Shown here piece after piece: positions 1-8,763 of a DNA stretch of 16,054 nucleotides. Below the pieces are notes generated by a model that was not told the origin of the DNA, searched no databases, and saw nothing but the letters and a program-made list of their open reading frames with translations. This DNA comes from Nitrospirota bacterium. GTDB lineage: Bacteria > Nitrospirota > UBA9217. The stretch's first letter is position 1. Every line of letters begins with the position of its first letter. The stretch spans positions 1 to 16,054 of the forward strand of contig JAOUEV010000068.1 of NCBI GenBank assembly GCA_029858565.1, read 5' to 3'. Made by a program: the position numbers and the translations under genes.

Positions 1-89
1 CCCGAACCACCTCGTCCTGTCAAGCATTTTCGTCAAAACGAAGCGTTTTTTCTTCATGACAAAGAACACGAAACTCTAAACCCTAGAAT

Positions 90-1056
90 TTGACTAAAAA
101 CAAAATTAAAAAAGAACAGCTTGGTATTACTTTCGAAAAAGTAGTTGCCCATATTCAACAAAAAATGGATCCAAATTCTATAGTAACTCATAATGAGATT
201 TTACACGATAGAGTCGGAAATGATAGGCAATGTGACGTGGTAATAAGGGGGTCGTTTGCGGGTCGGCCTATTCTCGGCATTATGGAATGCAAAGACCTAA
301 ACAAAAAAGTCGGCCCAGATGTGGTTGAAGCCTTCTCCAAAAAGGCCGAAAATATCGGAGCTAATGTTCGGATTCTAGTTTCTAAAAAGGGATTTACTAA
401 GAGTGCTTTAAATATCGCTAAGCATGAAAATATCGGATGTCTATCTTTACTGCCAGAAGACCCAATGCAAGCAGGATTTAGTATTGGTGATACGTGGTAT
501 GGTGTAGTTCAAATTTGGGATAGTATTCGTTTAACTGTCAAATTCGCAACTTCTGTTGAGCCAATCAATACCTTTAGGCCCGATACCTTAAAAATTAATC
601 AACAACTAATTGGCTTATGGTTTATGAAAAAGCTGTTTACAGCATATAATGAGGTGCAGGTAGAAGGCAAGTATATGCTCGTGGTTAGCTTCCATGAAGA
701 GCAAAAAATAGAAATTGAAGGTCAAATTTTCTCTGTCCTAGGAGTAGCATGCTCTGCCGATAGGATTATTCGAAAAAAAAAAGAAGTGGATGGTTTGGTC
801 AGGTGACGCTTTTTATGATTGGCAATCTAAAAAATTTACAATTGCACCAAGTGGAACAATAGTAGGGAGTGCAATTAGGACAGATTTATCTGATTGGTTA
901 GATCACGATGGCGAAATTCCGAAGATTGGAGAGGGTACTGGCGTCGGCTTCATGAATGGCGTACTTGTTTATTCACAAAAGTGGAACCCTATTCAAGATC
1001 CAGAAGTCCCGGACTTGGAAGGCATTGGAACTGTCAGCTTTTCAAAGCAGGGATAG
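90..1056 (+). pseudogene. Mrr-like (PD-(D/E)xK) restriction endonuclease, frameshifted at the A10 run 773-782 (ORFs 90..806 and 790..1056)
   Basis: Mrr catalytic-domain pattern FEKVVAHI...RQCDVVI...IMECKD...VGPDVVEAF...LVSKKGFTKSA. Removing one A from the run gives ...IIRKKKKWMVWSGDAFYDW..., about 321 aa. Clearly more AT-rich than the rest of the window. TTG start uncertain. Confidence 0.75.
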
Positions 1057-1486
1057 CTGAACTGCGGTTTCCTGCGAGAAATAAGAACCTAGGACTTTGA
1101 CGGTCGCTTCTCGATTCTCGACATATGTAACTTTCAATCAGAAATTGTCACAGTTTCACTTCTACGAAATCTGTTTAGTAGTAGGTGATATCCACTTTAT
1201 TCCTTCTGACCGCAAGGTGCTTCCCTCGTATATTGCCAGTTCACAACCTGCCCCGATGCCTAATAAATCAATTGGTTGCAGTAGGTACTGAAACCCCTTT
1301 GACATTTTCCGATCCCAATCCCTCCGCAGCGCAACCGTGTAATTTTTAACTCCCGCACTAACGGATCCAATTACCGCCTACTACCAATCCGCTTGGGTAG
1401 GTGCGACGACAGGCTACGGCCATAACTCGAACAACAACCTGATCTCGGTACAGGACGTCCGCCGATGATACTTACTGTCTATTTTC

Positions 1487-1495
1487 TGCTATATT
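1487..1495 (+). promoter_or_regulatory. Possible extended -10 promoter of the diguanylate cyclase gene
   Basis: TG-C-TATATT about 105 nt upstream of ATG 1600; no convincing -35. Confidence 0.3.
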
Positions 1496-1599
1496 TTAAC
1501 TAGCGAATGCCTCGGGATTCAGCCATCTGTTTCAAGACGAGAACACTACAACAATCACAGGAACACAGATAGACCCTAATGACTTCATGGAGAGACACT

Positions 1600-2779
1600 A
1601 TGACCCAGTCCAACAGCGCGCAACCGCCAAAAGAAACAGCCCTGCTTGAGATGCTCTCCCTTGTTTACGAGGAGATGGACATTAATGTCATTGAGGAGCG
1701 ATTTGTCGACCTGACCGCCGATATTTTCGGATTTGACCGGGTAGCCCTGTTTTTCGTGAAACACCGCAAAGGCATGCTGCAGGGTAAGTTGTGCAAGGGC
1801 TTTGTGCCCGGGACGATCAGTTCCCTGGAAATACCGGTTTCGACCGAGAACCTGCTTACCAGACCGCTGGTCACGGGGCTTCCCGTTTTTAGCAAGGCCG
1901 TGCCACATGATGACGACATCGTGAAATTAGGCCTGAAGAATTTCGCTCTTATTCCCATCGTGAGCAAGAAAAGGCTTTCCTGCTGGCAGATCAGAAAGTG
2001 CTATAAAGATGACTGCCCGGCGTTCGGCAAGAGATGGCTGCGCTGCTGGATGGTGCCGGGGACCAAGTGCGGCGATATTCCCCTTGATGATATTGAGCAA
2101 AAAGAGCAACTGTGCCGTGAGTGCGAGGTCTATGCCCAGTTGGAGGCCAATGCCGTGGAAGGGGTGATGATCGTAGACAACTCGATTTCGAACCGGCCGA
2201 TACCTCCGGAAGAGGTGGCGCTGCTCTCCATTGTTGCCCATGCGGTCGGAGGGGCGATCAACCATGCCAAGCTCTATTCCCGGACCTTGCGGGAGTCGAT
2301 CCACGACGAACTCACCGGGCTGTATAACAGGCGGTTTTTCAACGAACGGCTGTTGGATGAAGTGGAACGGACGCGACGGTATGGCGGATCCTTCAGCATC
2401 CTTATCTGCGACATTGACCACTTCAAGCGGATCAACGACACCTATGGCCATCCGATCGGAGACCGGGTGCTCGTCCAGGTGGCGTCCTTGCTCCAGAATA
2501 ACATCCGCAGCAATGACATGGCGTGCCGGTACGGCGGTGAGGAATTCGCGCTGTTGCTGCTCAATTCCGATAAGGACCTCCTGCCGCCTTGCGGAACAAC
2601 TGCGCGGGAAACTGGCGGCAAACGCCATGACCGACATTGGCGGCAATTGCATCACCGCAAGCTTCGGCGTCGCCTGTTTCGGGGAGGACTCCATTTCCTT
2701 TGAGGGGCTGGTGAACAAAGCAGACCAGTCGCTCTATCAAGCCAAGACCCATGGACGCAATCAGGTGTGGACATTGTGA
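1600..2779 (+). pseudogene. Sensor diguanylate cyclase (GAF with inserted Cys-rich two-CW domain, plus GGDEF), frameshifted near 2575
   Basis: GGAG at 1589-1592 before ATG 1600 (alternative ATG 1579). GGDEF hallmarks DELTGLYNRR, DIDHFKRINDTYGH, I-site RSND, RYGGEEF. The C-terminus (LAEQLR...ITASFGVA...KADQSLYQAKTHGRNQV) is in the frame of ORF 2231..2779. Confidence 0.85.
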
Positions 2780-2794
2780 TGCGGCAATGAGTAC

Positions 2795-2828
2795 GCAACA
2801 ACCGGTTTTTACGAAGCACCGTTGTTGT
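2795..2828. terminator. Imperfect hairpin between convergent genes
   Basis: GCAACAACCGGT ... ACCGTTGTTGT inverted repeat just after the cyclase stop codon. Confidence 0.3.
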
Positions 2829-2865
2829 ACGAGTCGGGAGGTGACAGGAGGCGCCCTTTATACCC

Positions 2866-3414
2866 TGCATATGCGGCCAGTCTTCGCCGTAGGCTCCGAT
2901 CTTGATCAAGGTCAGGTCAAAAGGCCCATAACGCCCGCCGATCTCTGCAAAATGATCAGCATATCCCGTGTCCCCGCTGTAGTATACGCTCCTGCTGTCG
3001 CTCCGCACGATCCAGCCTGCCCAGAGCGTTTCGTTCCTGTCGAACAACCCCCTGCCTGAAAAATGACGCGCAGGAACGCAGATGAAGGTCAAGTCTTCGA
3101 TCGTCACCTCTTCCCACCATGACAGCTCCCTGATCTGGCCTGCGGGTACGCCCCAATCCTTCAAACAGGGGCCGACGCCGGTGGTCACGAGGAATATCGT
3201 CCCTTTTCCTGACAAGGCCCTGATCGTGTCCTTTTCCAGGTGATCGTAATGATCATGGGAGATCACCACTGCATCGATGGCCGGCAGGTCTTCAACGCGG
3301 GTCGGCGAATAGTTCTTTTTCAGCCTGCACGGCCGGCGAGCAGGCCGCGCTGATGAGGAGGCTGAACAGGAGGCAAGAGGAAAGAACGGAGCAGGTGATC
3401 AACGAGTTCTTCAT
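2866..3414 (-). pseudogene. Degraded metallo-beta-lactamase-fold hydrolase (RomA/NAPE-PLD-like), lipoprotein-type signal
   Basis: Motifs LPAIDAVVISHDHYDHL, PARHFSGRG, YYSGDTGY, IGAY. Signal peptide MKNSLITC...ISAAC (ATG 3414, AAGGA upstream) is in another frame. The usual N-terminal WLGH/TDP region is absent and similarity ends after WPHM. Confidence 0.75.
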
Positions 3415-3479
3415 GCGGTCCTTGTCCCGACAACAAACCGGGCCGTGGGAGATAATCCGACGGCCCGGTACTTGCCAGG

Positions 3480-3611
3480 TTAGCGTTTCTTCATCTGCCC
3501 CGGCGCGGACTGTTTCTTGATCTGTCCCGGCGGAATATGGCCGCGGTGGTGACACCCCGCAAACACTCCCAGAAACAAGACCAGGGTGAACAATGCGATG
3601 ATCCTCGTCAT
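3480..3611 (-). CDS. 43-aa putative lipoprotein with two PGQxKK motifs
   Basis: Hand translation: MTRIIALFTLVLFLGVFAGCHHRGHIPPGQIKKQSAPGQMKKR*. AGGAGG at 3620-3625, hydrophobic stretch, lipobox FAGC. Confidence 0.75.
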   Translation of the reverse strand: MTRIIALFTLVLFLGVFAGCHHRGHIPPGQIKKQSAPGQMKKR

Positions 3612-3685
3612 GCCCTGTACCTCCTATGAAAGTTTGTAATGTGCATTATGGCTCTCGATGGAAGCCTGATGCAGCTGATGAGCTG

Positions 3686-3706
3686 AAAAGGCCGCAGCAC
3701 GGCTTT
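3686..3706 (-). terminator. Weak intrinsic terminator after rimO
   Basis: Minus strand AAAGCCG-TGCTG-CGGC-CTTTT directly after the stop codon. Confidence 0.35.
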
Positions 3707-3708
3707 GT

Positions 3709-5049
3709 TCAGTCATTTCGCGTTTCCGCTTTCCCCAGGACGTCGTAGTCCCGCGCCTCGGTGATCGTTACATCAACGAACTCGCCGGGTTCGACCTCGG
3801 TCTCCGAAAGATAGACCACCCCGTCGATCTCCGGGGCCTGGGTCTGCATGCGGCCGATGAGCGCCATGTCCTCGATAGCGTCCACGATCACGCGCTGCCG
3901 GGTCCCGACGAGCGCCTGGTTCTTCTTGAGCGATATCTTCTTCTGCAGCCGCATCACCGCGTCGAGCCGCTCTTCCGCGACCTGCGCTGCCACCTGGCCC
4001 GGCAGGTCCCTGGCCGGCGTCCCTTCCTCGGGAGAATAGGTGAAAACGCCCAGGTGGTCAAAGGCATATTCTTTTGCGAACGCCAGCAGCCGCTTGAACG
4101 CGGCGTCGGTCTCTCCGGGAAAACCCGTGATCAGCGATGTGCGGAGAGCTATGCCCGGCACTTTTTTCCTGAGCCGGTCGATGGTGCGCTTGATGTCATC
4201 GGACGTGCCCCGGCGGTTCATGGCCTGAAGTATCTTGTCGTCAATATGCTGCACCGGGATGTCCAGGTATCTGCACAGCTTTTCTTCATCCGCAAGGACC
4301 GCCATGAGCTCATCGGTCACCTTGCCGGGATAGACATACATCAGCCGGACCCATTCGAGGCTTTTTATCTTCGCCAGCTTCCTGAGCAGCTTGGGGAGGT
4401 CGATAGAAAGATCGCGGTACTGCGTCGAATCCTGGGCCAGAAGGACCAGCTCCTTCGTCCCCTCATCAGCCAGCCGCTTTGCCTCGTCAAGGATCGAGTC
4501 AGCCGGCCTGCTGGTGAAGTTGCCCCGGATAAGCGGGATGGCGCAGTAGGAACAGCGGTTGCTGCATCCTTCGGCGATCTTGAGATACCGGTAATGGCGG
4601 GGAGTGGTGCTGACGCGCGGCAGGCCGAAGACCAGGGTCGGCGCCGAGGTCGTGACGATATGCTCGTGCCTGCCCAGCACGCGGCCCGCGATCTCGGCGA
4701 TCTTCGGTATCTCGGCGGTCCCGATGATTGCGTCCGCCTCGGGCAGTTCCTTAGCCAGATCGTCCTTGTACCGCTGGGCAAGACAGCCCGCGACGATCAA
4801 GGCCCGGCACTTGCCCTGCTTTTTCATTTTCGCCGCGTCCAGGATCGCCTCAATGGACTCTTCCTTGGCCGATTCGATGAACCCGCAGGTATTCACCACG
4901 ATCACCTCGGCCTCCGCCTGGTCCGGGGTGATCTCGAAGCCCTGTGATGCGAGCACACCCAGCATCTGCTCGGCGTCCACCTGGTTCTTGGGACAGCCCA
5001 GGCTGATCATGCCGATGCGGATCGGCTTTATCGGTCTCTTTGTACTCAT
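3709..5049 (-). CDS. rimO: Ribosomal protein S12 methylthiotransferase RimO
   Basis: N-terminal LGCPKN, NTCGFIESAKEESI, AGCL; radical SAM YLKIAEGCSNRCSYCAIP; C-terminal TRAM domain with APEIDG. Confidence 0.96.
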   Translation of the reverse strand: MSTKRPIKPIRIGMISLGCPKNQVDAEQMLGVLASQGFEITPDQAEAEVIVVNTCGFIESAKEESIEAILDAAKMKKQGKCRALIVAGCLAQRYKDDLAKELPEADAIIGTAEIPKIAEIAGRVLGRHEHIVTTSAPTLVFGLPRVSTTPRHYRYLKIAEGCSNRCSYCAIPLIRGNFTSRPADSILDEAKRLADEGTKELVLLAQDSTQYRDLSIDLPKLLRKLAKIKSLEWVRLMYVYPGKVTDELMAVLADEEKLCRYLDIPVQHIDDKILQAMNRRGTSDDIKRTIDRLRKKVPGIALRTSLITGFPGETDAAFKRLLAFAKEYAFDHLGVFTYSPEEGTPARDLPGQVAAQVAEERLDAVMRLQKKISLKKNQALVGTRQRVIVDAIEDMALIGRMQTQAPEIDGVVYLSETEVEPGEFVDVTITEARDYDVLGKAETRND

Positions 5050-5105
5050 GATATTTCGCGCAAGACGAGGTTTTCCGGGAAAGGATGAAATATGAACAAG
5101 CTGAG

Positions 5106-5188
5106 TTTACCGCAGAGGCGCGGAGGCCACGGAGAAAGACCTGCTATGCAATATGCTTTTCTCTGTGCCTCTGCGCCTCCGTGGTGAA
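5106..5188. repeat. Palindromic intergenic element with about 9-nt periodic arms
   Basis: Left arm TTTACCGCAGAGGCGCGGAGGCCACGGAGAAA (5106-5137); reverse complement of right arm (5157-5188) is TTCACCACGGAGGCGCAGAGGCACAGAGAAAA. Confidence 0.85.
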
Positions 5189-5215
5189 TATTAAATCGGT
5201 GCTCTCCGTGTTTTG

Positions 5216-5674
5216 CTAGAATCCGCCGGCCATGGCAAGGAACGTGGTCATTTTGTCGTTCATGTCGCGCAGCCGCCGGGACAGCGTCTTGGTGAAGGCC
5301 CAGAGGAACTTGAAGCCCAGCTCCCGGTCGGTGATGAAGATGTTCTGAAGGTCTTCCTTCTTGAGGGTGATGAGGGACGCATCGGTGTTCGCGATCGCGT
5401 GGGCCGAGCGGGGATAGTTGTCGATCAGGGCCATCTCGCCGAAATACTCGCCTTCCTTCATGACGGTCAGGGCTTCCTCGCCGATGTTCGGAACATGCTT
5501 GCTGATGCGGACCTCGCCCTTCAGGATCATGTAGCATTTGTCGCCGACATCGCCTTCCTTGAAGATGACCTCGCCGGTCTTGAAATAGATGCCGTCGCAG
5601 ACCTGCCGGATCTTCTCAAGCTCCGAATCGGTAAAATTCTCAAAGAGGTTGATCTTCTTGAGCAGGATGATCAT
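5216..5674 (-). CDS. Stand-alone cyclic-nucleotide-binding domain protein
   Basis: LF...IFKEGDVGD..YMILKGEV...FGEMALIDNYPRSAHAIA; no CRP HTH. AAGGAG precedes ATG ATG (start 5674 or 5677). Confidence 0.9.
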   Translation of the reverse strand: MIILLKKINLFENFTDSELEKIRQVCDGIYFKTGEVIFKEGDVGDKCYMILKGEVRISKHVPNIGEEALTVMKEGEYFGEMALIDNYPRSAHAIANTDASLITLKKEDLQNIFITDRELGFKFLWAFTKTLSRRLRDMNDKMTTFLAMAGGF

Positions 5675-5687
5675 CATTGCTCCTTTG

Positions 5688-6062
5688 TCACCGGAAACCG
5701 CTGCGCGTTTCAAAGGCGTTCCGGATAAGTTCAATGCGCTCTTCGGGCATGCGCGTGATCGCAACAATATCGAACCGGCAGGGCATCTGGTGCAGCTTCC
5801 TGGCGGCGAGATAGGCCAGGGCGGCCTTGGTCATCCTCGCCTGCTTGCGCGTATCCACGGCCAGCTCCGGCGCGCCGTAGGCATCGCTGGTGCGCGTTTT
5901 GACCTCCACGAACACGATCGTGTCACGGTCCATGGCGATGAGGTCGATCTCGCCCGCGGCGATGCGGAAGTTCCGTTCCAGGATCCGATATCCCTGGCCG
6001 GCAAGGAACCGCGATGCGCTGTCCTCGCCGCTTCTACCCAGCAGTTTGCTTAGAAGGCTCAT
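5688..6062 (-). CDS. yraN: YraN family (UPF0102) nuclease-like protein
   Basis: GRSGED.A...[10 protein letters not shown]...GEIDLIA...VFVEVKTR...RFDIV; usual position after rnhB. Confidence 0.93.
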   Translation of the reverse strand: MSLLSKLLGRSGEDSASRFLAGQGYRILERNFRIAAGEIDLIAMDRDTIVFVEVKTRTSDAYGAPELAVDTRKQARMTKAALAYLAARKLHQMPCRFDIVAITRMPEERIELIRNAFETRSGFR

Positions 6063-6741
6063 GCTTCACCAGGAGCATCGAGGATATCGGCCGGAAGGAA
6101 CGCCGGTGCGCTTCGCAGGGGCCGTGCTCACGGATGCTGGCAAGATGCTCCGCCGTGCCGTATCCCTTGTGCTTCCGGAAATTGTACGCCGGGAACCGCT
6201 CATGGAGCTCGTTCATCATCCGGTCCCGCGTTACCTTCGCCAGGATCGATGCGGCCGCGATGGAATGGCTCAGGCTGTCGCCTTTAATAATGGCCTTTTG
6301 CGGGATCGTCAGGCGCTTAAGGACGCAATTTCCGTCAATGAGCAGGTAATCGGGCGGAGGAACGATGGCCGCCACCGCGCGTTCCATTGCGAGGAGTGCT
6401 GCCTGGAGGATATTGATCTCATCGATGGTGCGCTCGTCAACGAGCCCGATCCCGTGCGCAACAGCCTTCGCGCGGATAACATCGTAGAGCCGCTCCCGCT
6501 GGCGCTCGGTCAATTTTTTCGAATCATTCACCCCGTCGATCAGGCAGCCCTCGGGAAGGACGACCGCGGCGGCTACCACCGGTCCTGCAAGCGGTCCGCG
6601 CCCGGCCTCATCAAGACCGGCGATGCGGAGCGCCCCGGAAGCGCGTACGGCCCGCTCAAACGAAAGCGGGTCGCAGTTCAGATCGAACGGGCTTTCCGCT
6701 CCCGCCTGGTGGGCCGACGGGCGAACCGAATCTCGGGGCAT
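6034..6741 (-). CDS. rnhB: Ribonuclease HII
   Basis: [53 protein letters not shown]. Start set at ATG 6741 (GAGG upstream), approximate. Confidence 0.96.
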   Translation of the reverse strand: MPRDSVRPSAHQAGAESPFDLNCDPLSFERAVRASGALRIAGLDEAGRGPLAGPVVAAAVVLPEGCLIDGVNDSKKLTERQRERLYDVIRAKAVAHGIGLVDERTIDEINILQAALLAMERAVAAIVPPPDYLLIDGNCVLKRLTIPQKAIIKGDSLSHSIAAASILAKVTRDRMMNELHERFPAYNFRKHKGYGTAEHLASIREHGPCEAHRRSFRPISSMLLVKHEPSKQTAG

Positions 6742-6853
6742 AAAGACCTCGGCGAATGGTTCAGATTTGAAGCTTCCGGCGGCGAACCGCGGGGACCGCG
6801 CCCGCTGCCGGACCAACGGTCAGATCATGACCGGGAACAGGCGGTTTTCTCGC

Positions 6854-7240
6854 CTACTCCGCTTTGGCTGCTGCAGGAGCGTCCGCGAACACGCGGCCCT
6901 TCTCCTTGATGCGGGCCGCGCGGCCGCGAAGATCGCGGAGATAGTAAAGCTTCGCCCGGCGGATCTTGCCTTCCTTGGCAAGCTCGATCTTGTCGACCAT
7001 GGGGGAATGGAGCGGGAAGAGCCTCTCCACGCCCACGCCGTAGGAAAGCTTGCGCACGCGCACGGACTCGCGCATGCCCGAACCCTGCCGGCCGATCACG
7101 AGACCCTCGAAGATCTGGATGCGTTCCTTGTCGCCTTCGACTACCTTCGCATGCACCTTGATGGTGTCGCCGACGCGGAAGTTCGTGATGCCCGATTTCA
7201 TCTGGGGCTTCTCGATCGCGTTCAAAATAGTGTTGTTCAT
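6854..7240 (-). CDS. rplS: 50S ribosomal protein L19
   Basis: FRVGDTIKV...[12 protein letters not shown]...[18 protein letters not shown]...RRAKLYYLR; AGGAGG at 7247-7252. Confidence 0.98.
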   Translation of the reverse strand: MNNTILNAIEKPQMKSGITNFRVGDTIKVHAKVVEGDKERIQIFEGLVIGRQGSGMRESVRVRKLSYGVGVERLFPLHSPMVDKIELAKEGKIRRAKLYYLRDLRGRAARIKEKGRVFADAPAAAKAE

Positions 7241-7258
7241 GGTAATCCTCCTGGTTCA

Positions 7259-7310
7259 AATGCGGAATGCGGAGAGCGGCATGCGGATATCACATCCGCA
7301 CATCGCATCC
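7259..7310. repeat. Heptamer tandem repeat with inverted copies (trmD-rplS spacer)
   Basis: TGCGGAA TGCGGAG AGCGGCA TGCGGAT, spacer ATCAC, then ATCCGCA CATCGCA; perfect 7-bp stem 7282-7288/7294-7300. Confidence 0.8.
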
Positions 7311-7322
7311 AACACGCCAAAA

Positions 7323-8081
7323 TTAATGTAAATTATGTTCCTTCTTGAGTTCGTCGAGAACTCTCAAATCTTCCTTGGTCAGCTCGGCGGTCCTCAGCAG
7401 GTCAGGCCGCTTCAGCAGCGTCGCCCGGAGCGATTCCTTCCGCCGCCACCGCATGATCGCGTCATGGTTCCCCGAGAGCAGCACCTCGGGTACCTTCCTG
7501 CCCCGGAACTCAGCCGGCCGCGTGTAGTGCGGATGGTCGAGAAGGCCGTCGCCGAAGGAATCTCGGTACGCCGATTCCTCGTCGCCGAGCACGCCGGACA
7601 CCAGCCGGGCAGCCGCGTCGATCACTACCAGCGCCGCGAGCTCGCCGCCGGTCAACACATAATCGCCGATGGAAAGCTCCTCGTCCACCAGCGTTTCCTT
7701 CACCCGCTCATCAATGGCTTCGTAATGCCCGCAGAGCAGGATGATCCTGCGCCGCTCCCGCGAGAGCCGCTCCGCCGCCGGGTGATCGAACACCCTGCCC
7801 TGAGGAGAGAGCAGAATGGTCAGAAATCCTTCGCCGGGATGCTCCGCCTTGACCGCGTCCACTGCAGCGAAGACCGGCTCGGGCTTCATCACCATGCCGG
7901 CCTCGCCGCCGTAGGGGCTGTCGTCAGCAGTCCGATGCTTGTCCGCGGTGAAGTCCCGGATGTTCCACAGCCGGACGTCCAGAAGATCCTTTTCCCGGGC
8001 GCGCTTCAGGATGCTTTCCGAGAGCGGGCCGGCGAGGATGCCGGGGAACAGGGTGAGCACATCAAACCGTAGCTTCGTCAT
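7323..8081 (-). CDS. trmD: tRNA (guanosine(37)-N1)-methyltransferase TrmD
   Basis: [66 protein letters not shown]. Start ATG 8081 or GTG 8099. Confidence 0.98.
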   Translation of the reverse strand: MTKLRFDVLTLFPGILAGPLSESILKRAREKDLLDVRLWNIRDFTADKHRTADDSPYGGEAGMVMKPEPVFAAVDAVKAEHPGEGFLTILLSPQGRVFDHPAAERLSRERRRIILLCGHYEAIDERVKETLVDEELSIGDYVLTGGELAALVVIDAAARLVSGVLGDEESAYRDSFGDGLLDHPHYTRPAEFRGRKVPEVLLSGNHDAIMRWRRKESLRATLLKRPDLLRTAELTKEDLRVLDELKKEHNLH

Positions 8082-8116
8082 TGCCCGACCCGCCGTCACT
8101 CATCCGAACTACTTTG

Positions 8117-8228
8117 TAAACCACGGGTTCCGACTGCGTCGGAACACACAGATAAAAGCTCAGTATTCAGAATTACATTCGGTCAGACTCTGGGTCGCAA
8201 CCGTGTGCGACGCAGGCGCCAGTGGTTA
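8117..8228. repeat. Palindromic intergenic element with nested hairpins (rimM-trmD spacer)
   Basis: Ends AACCAC...GTGGTT; internal hairpin GTTCCGAC-TGC-GTCGGAAC (8127-8145); GTCGCA...TGCGAC in the right half. Confidence 0.65.
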
Positions 8229-8236
8229 ATCAAACT

Positions 8237-8740
8237 TCAGTCCAGAAGACCTTCCAGCACATGGATGACCATGCGCCTGGCCTTCCGGTCCACCTGCCGG
8301 ACCACTTCCTTTGTCGCGGGCAGATAGATCTCCCTCGTGCCCGCCTTCATGACATAGACGTCGTTGCTGCCGGTCTCGAAGATATCGGTGATCGTGCCGA
8401 GCTTTTCGCCCGCCTCGTTCACCACTTCCATCCCGATCAGTTCGAACCAGTAGTAGTGACCCTCGGGAAGCGGGACCGCTTCCTCTTCGGGGACCTGCAC
8501 CAGCCATCCATTGAACGCCTTGGCGGTCTCCGGCGCGCTGTAGCCTTCCAGCAGCAGCAGCGGATCGCCGTTCATGTACCGCACGGCCTTGACCCGGCAC
8601 TCCTTCTGCTCCCCTCGGGACGACACCAGGAACACCCTCCGGAGCTTCAGGAACCGGTCCGGATGGTCGGTAAGGGGCTCGATCTTGATCTCGCCCTTCA
8701 CCCCGTGGGGCTTCAGGACCTTGCCGATGGTTATGAGCAT
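8237..8740 (-). CDS. rimM: Ribosome maturation factor RimM
   Basis: IGKVLKPHGVKGEIKI, LPEGHYYWFELIG, ETGSNDVYV, YLPA; synteny. Confidence 0.97.
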   Translation of the reverse strand: MLITIGKVLKPHGVKGEIKIEPLTDHPDRFLKLRRVFLVSSRGEQKECRVKAVRYMNGDPLLLLEGYSAPETAKAFNGWLVQVPEEEAVPLPEGHYYWFELIGMEVVNEAGEKLGTITDIFETGSNDVYVMKAGTREIYLPATKEVVRQVDRKARRMVIHVLEGLLD

Positions 8741-8763
8741 GTGTTCAGCGGGAGCAATCGCTC

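Noticed and set aside
18-55. Minus-strand TTGACA (18-23) and small hairpin AAAACG-AAG-CGTTTT
   Set aside because: The -10 would fall outside the window and the stem is too weak to call.
1097-1305. Small ORFs 1097..1291 (+) and 1162..1305 (-, 47 aa, MSKGFQYLLQ...)
   Set aside because: No motif or well-placed SD; cannot be supported.
3292-3555. 87-aa ORF from the track
   Set aside because: Its 5' half overlaps the small lipoprotein in another frame; only the part from ATG 3414 (MBL signal peptide) looks real.
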